Below are positions 28,567 through 38,102 of a stretch of DNA of 64,000 nucleotides, piece after piece. The stretch covers positions 38,399-102,398 of the forward strand of contig JAYQLP010000001.1 in assembly GCA_038143215.1 (NCBI GenBank). The letters are read 5' to 3'. This stretch comes from Candidatus Arcticimaribacter sp. Lineage in GTDB: Bacteria; Bacteroidota; Bacteroidia; Flavobacteriales; Flavobacteriaceae. Both the position numbers and the translations under genes were made by a program. The first letter of the stretch is position 1; every line of letters begins with the position of its first letter. The notes beneath the pieces are model-generated. The model was not told the origin of the DNA. It was given only the letters and a program-made list of their open reading frames with translations, and ran no database searches.

Positions 28567-30188
28567 ATGCGAATTTTCTTTCGGTTTTCCTCTTCATTAC
28601 TTGTTTTGGTTTTTAGTTGCATTTTCTTTTTTAGATGTGCCACTGAAAAAAAAATTGAGGACCATACCGTTTTTCGCTATAATGAACTGAGGAACATCAC
28701 TTCTTTGGATCCGGCTTTTGCCAGAAACCCGCAAAACATTTGGCCAATACAGCAACTATTCAACGGTCTTGTGCAATTGGATAACCAACTCAATGTGATT
28801 CCAGAAATTGCCCATTCATGGGACATCGACCCCACAGGAAAAACCTATACGTTTTATTTACGCGACAGTGTCTTTTTTCACCAGAGCGATTTTTTTGGCG
28901 CAGCGAAAACACGAACTGTAGAAGCTAGAGATTTTACCTACAGCTTCGATCGCCTTCTCGACCCAAAAGTAGGCTCCCCCGGGGGTGGGTGTTGCAGCAG
29001 GTAAAAGCATATCGTGCGGTGGATAAAAACACTTTCCAAATTGAGTTAAAAAAACCATTCCCTGCCTTTCTTGGACTGCTGACTATGCGCTATTGTGCTG
29101 TGGTGCCCAAAGAAGTTATTTCAGCAGCGGGCGATCAATTTCGAAAACGTCCTATTGGAACTGGGCCATTCAAATTTCAGGCCTGGGAAGAAAACGTTAA
29201 ACTGGTTTTACGCAAAAACAAAACCTATTTTGAAAAGAATAAAAAAGGAGAACAACTTCCCCATCTCGAAGCCATTGCCATTCAATTTCTCAACGATCGA
29301 CAAAGTGAGTTTCTACAATTCAAACAAGGAAAATTTGATTTTATAAATTCCCTCGATGCCGCCTACAAAGATGAACTTTTAACCCCCAACGGTAAGCTCA
29401 ACCCTGAATACAAAGCAAGCGTTCAGTTTCAAAAAGGACCCTATTTAAACACGGAATACCTTGGCCTTTATTTGGACAAAAAAAACACCCCGCTAAATGA
29501 CATCAGAATTCGACAAGCCATAAACATTGGTTTTGATCGAGAAAAAATGATTACTTACTTAAGAAACACCATTGGAATTGCGGCACTAAAAGGCATTATT
29601 CCCAACGGACTTGGAGGGCAACCTCACAGCGACTTAATCCGCTACCAACCCAAATATGCGCGGGAATTGGTGGATGCCTATAAAAAAGATAATAACACAA
29701 TTTCGCCCAAAATCACACTGGCCACTGATGCAAATTATTTGGATGTATGTGAATTCCTTCAGCAAGAATTAGCAAAAATTGGACTCGCTATTGAAATCAA
29801 TTTAATGCCAACCGCTACGCTCCGACAAATGAAAACTAAGGGAAAACTAGAGGCGTTTAGGGCAAGTTGGATTGCCGATTATCCCGATGCAGAAAATTAT
29901 CTTTCCTTGTTTTATGCCAAAAACCATTCCCCCAACGGCCCAAACTATACCCACTATGAAAATGAACAATTTGATTCTCTCTACCAAAAAGCGATGGCCG
30001 AATCCAGACCAAAAGAACGACTAAAGCAATACCGCAAAATGGATGAATTGATGATGAAGGACTACCCTATTGTTCCTTTATATTACGATGAAATTGTGCG
30101 CTTTGTCCACAAAAATGTAGTGGGCTTGGAAATGAATCCGCTCAACCTGCTTTATTTAAAAAATGTAAAAAAGAAGAAAGTAAATTAA
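28567..30188 (+). CDS. ABC transporter substrate-binding lipoprotein, family 5 (apparent 1-bp deletion at 28981-28985)
   Basis: SLDPAFA, LFNGLV, P.IA.SW, PIGTGPF, IRQAIN, WIADYPDAENYL; restoring one G gives GSPGGWVLQQV. Confidence 0.88.
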
Positions 30189-31360
30189 CCCTTTCTCCAG
30201 CGAGCGCTCAATTCAAAAACGTGTTGGAGTATTACTCGATCTTCTTCATTGAGGTGTTGATTTCGACGACTCATCATAGCTGCATTGGCCTCCATTGCTT
30301 TTTCAAACGTATTGGTAGAAAGCCCTTGCGGCCCACCAAAACTAAAACTAGGTAAAAAAGTACGAGGAAATCCACTTCCGAAAATATTCGAACAAATCCC
30401 AACTACGGTGGCCGTATTGAACATGGTATGGATACCACATCGGCTAAAGTCACCCATAATTAGACCACAAAACTGGAGATCGGTTTTACTGAAACGCTCT
30501 TCATTGTAGTCCCAAACACGGATTTTTGCATAACTGTTTTTCAGATTAGAAGCATCGGTAGCAGCTCCTATATTGCACCACTCCCCAATTACTGCGTTCC
30601 CCAAAAAACCGTCGTGCCCTTTGTTTGAATAACCCATAATGAGCACATTACTCAATTCGCCTCCTGCCTTAACATAAGGCCCTAAGGTGGTTCCTCCATA
30701 AATTTTTGCACCCATTTTAACCACCGCGTGTTCACCTAAAGCGATGCTTCCGCGTAAGAGGGACCCCTCCATAACCTCAGCATTAGCGCCAATGTATATG
30801 GGCCCTGTAGAAGCATGCACTGTTGCAAAATTTACTTTTGCACCCTCTTCAATAAATATGTTTTCGGGCGAAATTACCTGATTGGTTGTAGGAATTTCAG
30901 CACTTTTTCGACCCTGAGTAAGGCGGTGAAAATCCTCTTTTATAACCGCCTCATTCAATAAAAACAACTTTGTCTTATCATCCAGGTGCAGTAAATCCTC
31001 TTCCCAATGGATTGCATCTTTTGGATCCCATTCGGTAGGAGGCACTTTAGAGGTGGAAACAACGGCTACAACTTTATTCTTATAAAGCAAGACCTCTCCC
31101 TCTTTGAGCTGCTGTATTTGACTGACCACTTTTGCAGTGGGCAAAAAAGCAGCGTTGATGAATGTTTGTACAGAAGAAAATTTGGGCGGGTATTTTTTAG
31201 ACAGATAGTCGACTGTAAGCAGACCACACTTTTGCTCTAAAAACGCTTCCCACTTGTCTTGAATTCGATCGATTCCTATTCGAAGATAAGCAACCGGTCG
31301 GGTATAGGTAAAAGGCAAAAGGGCTTCTCGCTCTTTTCCGTCAAAAAGCAAATACTTCAT
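30185..31360 (-). CDS. Putative sugar nucleotidyl/acyl transferase (GlmU-like, hexapeptide repeats)
   Basis: LLPFTYTRPV..LRIGI, GPIYIG, SNKGHDGFLGN, SNLKN, GL.MGD. Confidence 0.85.
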   Translation of the reverse strand: MKYLLFDGKEREALLPFTYTRPVAYLRIGIDRIQDKWEAFLEQKCGLLTVDYLSKKYPPKFSSVQTFINAAFLPTAKVVSQIQQLKEGEVLLYKNKVVAVVSTSKVPPTEWDPKDAIHWEEDLLHLDDKTKLFLLNEAVIKEDFHRLTQGRKSAEIPTTNQVISPENIFIEEGAKVNFATVHASTGPIYIGANAEVMEGSLLRGSIALGEHAVVKMGAKIYGGTTLGPYVKAGGELSNVLIMGYSNKGHDGFLGNAVIGEWCNIGAATDASNLKNSYAKIRVWDYNEERFSKTDLQFCGLIMGDFSRCGIHTMFNTATVVGICSNIFGSGFPRTFLPSFSFGGPQGLSTNTFEKAMEANAAMMSRRNQHLNEEDRVILQHVFELSARWRKG

Positions 31361-31414
31361 AAGAGGAAGGTTTTAAACGAATTTAACAATAAATACCGAG
31401 CGAGAAAAAAAGGC

Positions 31415-31447
31415 AAAAAAAAACTGCTCCGAAAAGAGAACAGTTTT
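31415..31447 (-). terminator. Probable intrinsic terminator after rpmE2
   Basis: Imperfect hairpin AAACTG..CTC/GAG.CAGTTT followed by a T run on the minus strand. Confidence 0.55.
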
Positions 31448-31466
31448 CTTCCATAGTTAAAATGGA

Positions 31467-31718
31467 TTATTTCTTGAACTTGGCGTATTTGTTTTTAAAC
31501 TTATCAATACGTCCTGCAGTATCTACTAATTTCGATTTACCAGTATAGAAAGGATGTGATGTTCTTGAGATTTCCAATTTTACAAGAGGATACTCAACAC
31601 CATCGATATCTATGGTATCTTTTGCATTTGCTGTCGATTTGGTAATAAATACATCTTCGTTAGACATATCTTTGAATGCGACAAGGCGATAGTTATCTGG
31701 GTGAATCTCTGCTTTCAT
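31467..31718 (-). CDS. rpmE2: 50S ribosomal protein L31 type B
   Basis: MK.EIHP..YR.V.F.D, YPL..LEIS..SHPFYTGK..LVDTAGRIDKF; no CxxC; TACATTTG at 31752-31745. Confidence 0.95.
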   Translation of the reverse strand: MKAEIHPDNYRLVAFKDMSNEDVFITKSTANAKDTIDIDGVEYPLVKLEISRTSHPFYTGKSKLVDTAGRIDKFKNKYAKFKK

Positions 31719-31809
31719 AATGTTGTTTTATTTTAAAACGTGTGCAAATGTAAAAGAATTTTCTAAATTTATAAAATAGAAATCAATATTAAACTTAAAT
31801 TTTAATGCA

Positions 31810-32334
31810 ATGGTAGATCAATCCACATCAGTTAAATCGGCAATTCTTCAATATGGAACTCTTTTAGGAGTTGTTGGACTTGTTTTCAACCTCATGATTT
31901 TTTTCTTAGATATGCACTACACCCAAGAGAGTTCTGTTGGTTTTGTAGGAATAGCACTTACTATTGGGGTTATTTGTTTTGGACAATACAGCTTCAAAAA
32001 AGACAATGGTGGCTACCTTAGTTATGGAGAAGCCATTAAGCTTGGTTTAGGAATTGCCCTCATTAGCGGTATCATTGGGGTCACCTATCAAGTGCTTTTG
32101 GTAAACGTTATTGACCCTGATACCATTCCAAAAATGATGGAAGTCGCCAAAAATAAACTTATCGACGATAATCCTGAACTGTCCCAGGAGCAACTTGATC
32201 AAATCATAGAAATGCAGCAAAAATTCACCACTCCAGGAATGATGGTTGCTTTCGGATTGATCGGAAGTCTGGTGATTGGATTCATCATATCGCTTATCAG
32301 CGGATTAATCTTTAAAAAGAATCGACCTGAATAG
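31810..32334 (+). CDS. DUF4199-like membrane protein
   Basis: Four TM segments, FK..NGG.LSYG.A.K.G, IDP. Confidence 0.75.
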   Translation: MVDQSTSVKSAILQYGTLLGVVGLVFNLMIFFLDMHYTQESSVGFVGIALTIGVICFGQYSFKKDNGGYLSYGEAIKLGLGIALISGIIGVTYQVLLVNVIDPDTIPKMMEVAKNKLIDDNPELSQEQLDQIIEMQQKFTTPGMMVAFGLIGSLVIGFIISLISGLIFKKNRPE

Positions 32335-32369
32335 GCGCTAATTTTGTAAATTTGTGTCCAACTTCGAGC

Positions 32370-33323
32370 ATGGACATATCCATTATTATCCCTTTACTGA
32401 ATGAAGAGGAATCCTTGACAGAACTGCATCAATGGATTGCTAAGTGTTTGTCTAATAGTCAATACCTCTATGAAGTAATTTTCATCGATGATGGCAGTAC
32501 AGACAACTCTTGGAAATCCATTGCCTTACTTTGTGCTGAAAACAAAAACACCAAAGCCATTCGATTTCACCGCAATTACGGAAAATCGCAAGCTTTACAT
32601 GCCGGTTTTAAACTAGCACAAGGCGAAGTGGTTTTTACCATGGATGCCGATTTGCAGGACTCCCCTGAGGAGATTTTGGGAATGCACAAACGCTTGACGC
32701 AAGAAAACCTTGATATTCTTTCGGGATGGAAAAAGAAAAGATATGACTCTGTTCTCTTTAAGAACTTACCCTCAAAACTCTTTAACTGGGCCGCAAGAAG
32801 AAGTTCTGGAATCCATTTACACGACTTCAACTGCGGGTTAAAAGCCTACCGAAAAGCAGTCATCAAAAACATTGACGTCTATGGCGAAATGCATCGTTAT
32901 ATTCCCGTTTTGGCGGCACATAAAGGGTTCACGAGAATAGATGAACAAGTGGTAAAACACCAAGCCCGAAAATACGGTACGACCAAATTTGGAATGAATC
33001 GATTTATCAACGGTTTTTTAGACCTCATCACACTCAGTTTCTTGTTTAAATTTGGGAAAAGACCAATGCATTTGTTTGGTTTACTGGGAAGCTGTATGTT
33101 TCTACTTGGCTTTATCTTTTCGGCCTATTTAGGAATCGATAAGCTTTATTTCCACACCGATGGAAGACTGATTGCAGAGCGCCCAGAATTTTATATTGCT
33201 TTGACCACCATGCTCCTTGGGAGTCAGTTTTTTATAGCAGGGTTCCTTGGGGAATTAATCATTGGGCAACAGAAAAACAAATCCAACTATACCATTAATC
33301 AAACCTTAAATACTCCTGAATGA
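32370..33323 (+). CDS. Glycosyltransferase family 2 (ArnC/DPM-like)
   Basis: SIIIPLLNEE, IDDGSTD, RNYGKS, MDADLQD, HDFNCG, GEMHRYIP, two C-terminal TM helices; TAAATTTG at 32347-32354. Confidence 0.92.
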   Translation: MDISIIIPLLNEEESLTELHQWIAKCLSNSQYLYEVIFIDDGSTDNSWKSIALLCAENKNTKAIRFHRNYGKSQALHAGFKLAQGEVVFTMDADLQDSPEEILGMHKRLTQENLDILSGWKKKRYDSVLFKNLPSKLFNWAARRSSGIHLHDFNCGLKAYRKAVIKNIDVYGEMHRYIPVLAAHKGFTRIDEQVVKHQARKYGTTKFGMNRFINGFLDLITLSFLFKFGKRPMHLFGLLGSCMFLLGFIFSAYLGIDKLYFHTDGRLIAERPEFYIALTTMLLGSQFFIAGFLGELIIGQQKNKSNYTINQTLNTPE

Positions 33324-35014
33324 AAACTGAAGAACGTGTTGCTTTATGGAAACAACCTCCCTTTTCCGCTTCAGTCATAGCAGCGGTGGAGCAACTAGAA
33401 CAAGACCCCAAGGCCTTGGAAGATGCTTTTTACCAAGATATTGATTTTGGTACTGGAGGTATGAGGGGTGTAATGGGGGTCGGATCAAACCGTATTAATG
33501 AATACACCCTAGGGAGAGCAAGTCAGGGACTAGCCAATTACTTGCATCAAAAATACAAAGCAGAGAAAAAAAAAATTGTGATTGCCTATGACAGTCGTCA
33601 CAACAGCCAGAGCTTTGCCCAAAAAGTAGCCGACGTTTTCACGGCTAATGGAATACATTGTTATTTGTTTTCCTCCTTAAGAGCCACTCCCCTGCTTTCG
33701 TTTGCCGTTCGCCATATAGAAGCACATGCCGGAATTGTACTTACCGCTTCGCACAACCCACCAGAATACAACGGCTATAAAGTTTACAATCAATTTGGAG
33801 GACAAATTGTTCCACCAGAAGACAAAGACATCATCAACAGCATACAAGCCGTAGCGTTTTCCGACATCCTTTGGGAAGGAAACCAAGAACTTTTGAACCG
33901 CATTGATGAAGAAGTTGATTCTGCTTATTACAAAACCATCACTGAACGTAGTGTTCGTTTCGGAAAAAAAGATAAAAACACGCGCATTGTATTTTCGCCT
34001 CTTCACGGAACCTCCACAATTAGCCTCCCCACTTTATTAAAAAGTGCTGGCTACGAGCAAGTATTTAGAGTAGAAGAACAAGCCACCCCCGATGGAAATT
34101 TTCCAACGGTAGCCTCTCCAAATCCTGAAGAAAAAGCTGCTTTTGAAATGGCTTTAAAAAAAGCACAAGAAGTGGATGCTGATCTTGTCATGGCAACAGA
34201 TCCAGATGCCGATCGCATTGGGGTTGGTGTCAAAGACAAAAGCAACAATTGGATGCTTTTGAATGGAAATCAGCTTATGGTGTTGCTCACTCGTTTTGTA
34301 TTAGAACAAACGCCATTGGAAGAAAATGATTTTATCGCTTCCACCGTTGTTTCTACCCCCCTACTGAAAAAGATTGCCGATGACAACAAGGTGGATTTTT
34401 ACCTCACCCTAACTGGTTTCAAATGGATTGGAGATTTGATTCAGAAAAAGAAAAACAACCGATTTCTCTGTGGAGGCGAAGAAAGTTATGGCTACCTTTT
34501 CGGGAGTGATGTCCGTGATAAAGACGCACTGAGTACTGCCCTTTTGGCGTGTGATCTTCAAAGCCATTTGGCCGCTCAAAAGCAAACGATTTACGATTAT
34601 TTACTTTCCACTTACATCGCCTATGGTTGCTATCACGAAGGACTTTTTTCATTGGTGAAAAAAGGGAAGGAAGGGAAAGAGGAAATTGATCAAATTATGC
34701 AACAATTGAGAAACAACCCTCCCACAGAAGTGGCGGGTATTCCTGTTGTTCAAACCAACGATTTTTTACTTGGAAAAACAACCAAGAAGAACGAGCCAGC
34801 AGCCCCATTGGAATTTCAAAAAGCAAATGTATTTCAATTTGTTCTCGAGGATGACAGTGTTATTTCTGTTCGCCCTAGTGGTACCGAGCCAAAAATTAAA
34901 TTTTACTTTAGTGTAAATGCCCCCTTGAAATCAGCAGAGGAATACCCGAATGTTCAAGTCCAGCTCGATCAAAAAATAGAAGAATTTAAAGGAGCGATTT
35001 ATGACTTATTTTAA
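33320..35014 (+). CDS. Phosphoglucomutase/phosphomannomutase
   Basis: FGTGGMRG, TASHNP, DPDADR, GEESYG, RPSGTEPKIK. Confidence 0.93.
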   Translation: MKTEERVALWKQPPFSASVIAAVEQLEQDPKALEDAFYQDIDFGTGGMRGVMGVGSNRINEYTLGRASQGLANYLHQKYKAEKKKIVIAYDSRHNSQSFAQKVADVFTANGIHCYLFSSLRATPLLSFAVRHIEAHAGIVLTASHNPPEYNGYKVYNQFGGQIVPPEDKDIINSIQAVAFSDILWEGNQELLNRIDEEVDSAYYKTITERSVRFGKKDKNTRIVFSPLHGTSTISLPTLLKSAGYEQVFRVEEQATPDGNFPTVASPNPEEKAAFEMALKKAQEVDADLVMATDPDADRIGVGVKDKSNNWMLLNGNQLMVLLTRFVLEQTPLEENDFIASTVVSTPLLKKIADDNKVDFYLTLTGFKWIGDLIQKKKNNRFLCGGEESYGYLFGSDVRDKDALSTALLACDLQSHLAAQKQTIYDYLLSTYIAYGCYHEGLFSLVKKGKEGKEEIDQIMQQLRNNPPTEVAGIPVVQTNDFLLGKTTKKNEPAAPLEFQKANVFQFVLEDDSVISVRPSGTEPKIKFYFSVNAPLKSAEEYPNVQVQLDQKIEEFKGAIYDLF

Positions 35015-36821
35015 GCAGATTTTTGCCTTTGCAAAACCTTATTATCATTTCATAGCCCTCAATATTGTTTTCAATATTTTTTATGCGCTATTTAGCGCTC
35101 TTTCGTTTGTTGCCATGATCCCCATGCTCGATGTGTTGTTTGGCCAAACACAAAAAATAACTTCTCCCCCGCAGTATAGCGGTTTAAGTGAATTGGATGA
35201 TTACCTTATCCAAAAACTGAATTATATCCTCTCTAGTGCAATGGAAAAAGATCCGCTTAATGGACTTTTGTTATCGATTGGGTTGATTTTAGTTTTGTTT
35301 TTTTTAAAGAATATCTTCAATTACTTCGCCCTCTTTTTTATGACCTTTTTACGCAACGGAGTGTTAAAAGATTTACGCAACCAGATGTATGAGAAAATCT
35401 TGGATTTACCGATTGGCTTTTTTAGCGAAAAGAAAAAAGGAGATACCATTGCCCGTCTCACTTCAGATGTTCTTGAAATTCAACATTCCTTTCTTTCAAT
35501 CATTGAAATTCTTGTTCGGGAACCCTTAACCATTATTTTTACCCTAGCCATGATGTTTAACATCAATGCTAAACTCAGCTTATTTGTCTTGCTATTCATT
35601 CCCCTATCGGGACTAATTATCTCTCAAATTGGAAAAGCCCTCAAAAAACAATCCGATAAAGTTCAAAAAGAACAGGGGTATTTTCTTTCCATTATTGAAG
35701 AAACCCTTAGCGGACTTGCAGTTATAAAAGCGTTTTATGCGGAAAAGCAATTCAACGAACGCTTCAATGCCTCTACCCAACGCTATTTTCACTTTAACAA
35801 TAAATTGATTAACCGACAAAAACTCGCCTCGCCTTTGAGTGAATTTTTAGGAATTGGGGTAATTGGTGCACTGTTGTGGTATGGGGGCAAAATGGTGCTC
35901 GTCGACCAAAGTCTTTCTGGCACGGTCTTTATTTCATTCATGCTGCTGGCTTACAACATTTTAACCCCAGCAAAAAACATCAGTAAAGCAGCTTACACAA
36001 TCAAAAAAGGAGATGCTGCTGCCGAGCGTATTTTAGGATTGCTTCACACACCAATTACAATAAGCGAAGTAGAGCAACCAAAAACATTACAAAACTTCAC
36101 GCAACAAATTTCGTTTGAAAACATTGACTTTTCTTATAGCAAAAAACCGCTTTTAACCCAATTCAACTTAAGCATTGAAAAAGGAACTACAGTGGCATTG
36201 GTCGGAGAATCAGGCAGTGGAAAAACAACCCTAGCCAATTTATTAAATCGATTTTACGACCCCAATAAAGGAACAATTACCATCGATGGTATTGACATCA
36301 AACAGCTATCTAAACAAAACTTACGTTCGCTTATTGGCATTGTAACCCAAGACCCTATTTTGTTCAACGACACAGTTGCCAATAACCTAAAACTTGGACG
36401 CCCACATGCTAGCGATGAAGAAATGATAGCAGCCGCCAAAGTAGCCAATGCACATCAGTTTATTGAACAACTTCCCAATGGATACGAAACCAATATTGGT
36501 GACGGGGGTGGAAAATTATCAGGAGGGCAAAAACAACGCCTTTCCATTGCTAGAGCCGTTCTTAAAGACCCCGTAATTCTTGTTTTAGACGAAGCCACTT
36601 CAGCACTCGATTCGAGCTCTGAAAAATTGGTGCAAGATGCTCTGGAAAAGCTAATGAAAAACAGAACTTCCCTAGTGATTGCTCACCGCCTTTCAACCAT
36701 TCAAAAAGCAAATCGTATTGTGGTGATGGATGCTGGGAAAATTCTTGAAACAGGATCTCATAAAACCTTAATGGAAGCCCAAGGCGCCTATGCGAAATTG
36801 GTAGAATTACAACAACTGTAA
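35001..36821 (+). CDS. ABC exporter, fused permease/ATPase (MsbA-like)
   Basis: TM domain plus GESGSGKT, LSGGQKQR, LVLDEATSALD, IAHRLST. Confidence 0.9.
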   Translation: MTYFKQIFAFAKPYYHFIALNIVFNIFYALFSALSFVAMIPMLDVLFGQTQKITSPPQYSGLSELDDYLIQKLNYILSSAMEKDPLNGLLLSIGLILVLFFLKNIFNYFALFFMTFLRNGVLKDLRNQMYEKILDLPIGFFSEKKKGDTIARLTSDVLEIQHSFLSIIEILVREPLTIIFTLAMMFNINAKLSLFVLLFIPLSGLIISQIGKALKKQSDKVQKEQGYFLSIIEETLSGLAVIKAFYAEKQFNERFNASTQRYFHFNNKLINRQKLASPLSEFLGIGVIGALLWYGGKMVLVDQSLSGTVFISFMLLAYNILTPAKNISKAAYTIKKGDAAAERILGLLHTPITISEVEQPKTLQNFTQQISFENIDFSYSKKPLLTQFNLSIEKGTTVALVGESGSGKTTLANLLNRFYDPNKGTITIDGIDIKQLSKQNLRSLIGIVTQDPILFNDTVANNLKLGRPHASDEEMIAAAKVANAHQFIEQLPNGYETNIGDGGGKLSGGQKQRLSIARAVLKDPVILVLDEATSALDSSSEKLVQDALEKLMKNRTSLVIAHRLSTIQKANRIVVMDAGKILETGSHKTLMEAQGAYAKLVELQQL

Positions 36822-38015
36822 ATGAAACGTATTTTTCCAAATCAAGTTCATGCGGCAGAAGAAACACTCGTCCTTATTCTTCAAGATAAAAAGAGAGCTT
36901 CTCGTGTGGTGGCGCAACGAATAAATAAAGAAGCGAAATGGGGCTCTCGAGATCGAAAATTATTTTATGATATCGTATTTACCCTCCTTCGAGGCAAACG
37001 AAAATACAACTCTTTAGCAGGCATAGAAGAGGACCGTATTGCACCGCGTATTTGGATAAAAATTTGGTGTGAAGAAAACCAATACGCATGGCCAAAACAA
37101 ATTGAGGTGACTTCGTCTCCATCTTTGAACGACAGCAACATAAATGACGATCCAGCCGTACAATGGTCCTATCCCGATTGGCTTTTCGAAAAAGGAAAAT
37201 CTTCTTTTAAAAACCAATGGATGCCTTTGGTTGAGGCGCTCGATCAACCGGGATCGGTTTCGATTCGTGTAAATCGAATTCTTGCTTCACCCAAAAAAGT
37301 GCTCTCCGATTTGAAGGAGAAATTTGGTATCAATGGGATACTTTCTCCCGATTACCCAGATGCTATTCTCTTGGATCGAGGGCGAAAAGTTGATAAGAAT
37401 CCGCTTTACAAAAAAGGATATTTTGAAATTCAAGATGCCAACTCTCAGCTAATAGCTCCTTTCTGCCAAGCAAAACCGGACATGAACGTTATTGATTTAT
37501 GTGCAGGCGCTGGAGGAAAAAGTTTGCACCTTTCAGCACTAATGCGAAATAAGGGAATCATTAAGGCTTTTGATGTTGAACCCGATAAACTGAAAGAATT
37601 AAAACGCCGCGCAAAGAGAGCGAGAACAAAAAATATCGATGTGCATACTTTGCTTTCCGATTCTGATTTGGCCCCCTTTCATGACTGGGCCGACATTGTC
37701 CTTATTGATGCGCCTTGCAGTGGACTGGGCACCTTGAGGAGAAATCCAGAAATCAAATGGAATTTAACCCAAGAAGCACTCGATCGTCTTGAACAAACAC
37801 AAATGGAATTACTCCAAAAAGCAGCTTCTCTTCTAAGAAAAGAGGGAAAACTTATTTATGCCACCTGTTCAATTCTCCCAGAGGAAAACCACCTACAAGT
37901 TGAACGCTTTTTACAAACAAACCCCAACTTCACCCTAGAAGCGCATAAAGAGCTGCTTCCTAACACCTCAGGATTTGACGGATTCTATATGGCGCGATTA
38001 AAAAAGTGTGAATAA
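36822..38015 (+). CDS. RsmB/NOP family RNA m5C methyltransferase
   Basis: FEIQD..SQ, DLCAGAGGK, DAPCSG, YATCS..EN, DGFY. Confidence 0.9.
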   Translation: MKRIFPNQVHAAEETLVLILQDKKRASRVVAQRINKEAKWGSRDRKLFYDIVFTLLRGKRKYNSLAGIEEDRIAPRIWIKIWCEENQYAWPKQIEVTSSPSLNDSNINDDPAVQWSYPDWLFEKGKSSFKNQWMPLVEALDQPGSVSIRVNRILASPKKVLSDLKEKFGINGILSPDYPDAILLDRGRKVDKNPLYKKGYFEIQDANSQLIAPFCQAKPDMNVIDLCAGAGGKSLHLSALMRNKGIIKAFDVEPDKLKELKRRAKRARTKNIDVHTLLSDSDLAPFHDWADIVLIDAPCSGLGTLRRNPEIKWNLTQEALDRLEQTQMELLQKAASLLRKEGKLIYATCSILPEENHLQVERFLQTNPNFTLEAHKELLPNTSGFDGFYMARLKKCE

Positions 38016-38102
38016 CTCCTAACAACTTCAAAGAGAAACCTGTTTAGGGGGTTACTATTCTTTTATAAAAGCATTATTTTTGTTGGATTAAAATGCTACT
38101 CC

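Noticed and set aside
38010-38062. Imperfect hairpin upstream of purL as a purine or ZTP riboswitch
   Set aside because: It lies upstream of the predicted purL -7 element (38075-38082) and lacks the conserved riboswitch nucleotides; at most a weak terminator of the RsmB/NOP gene.
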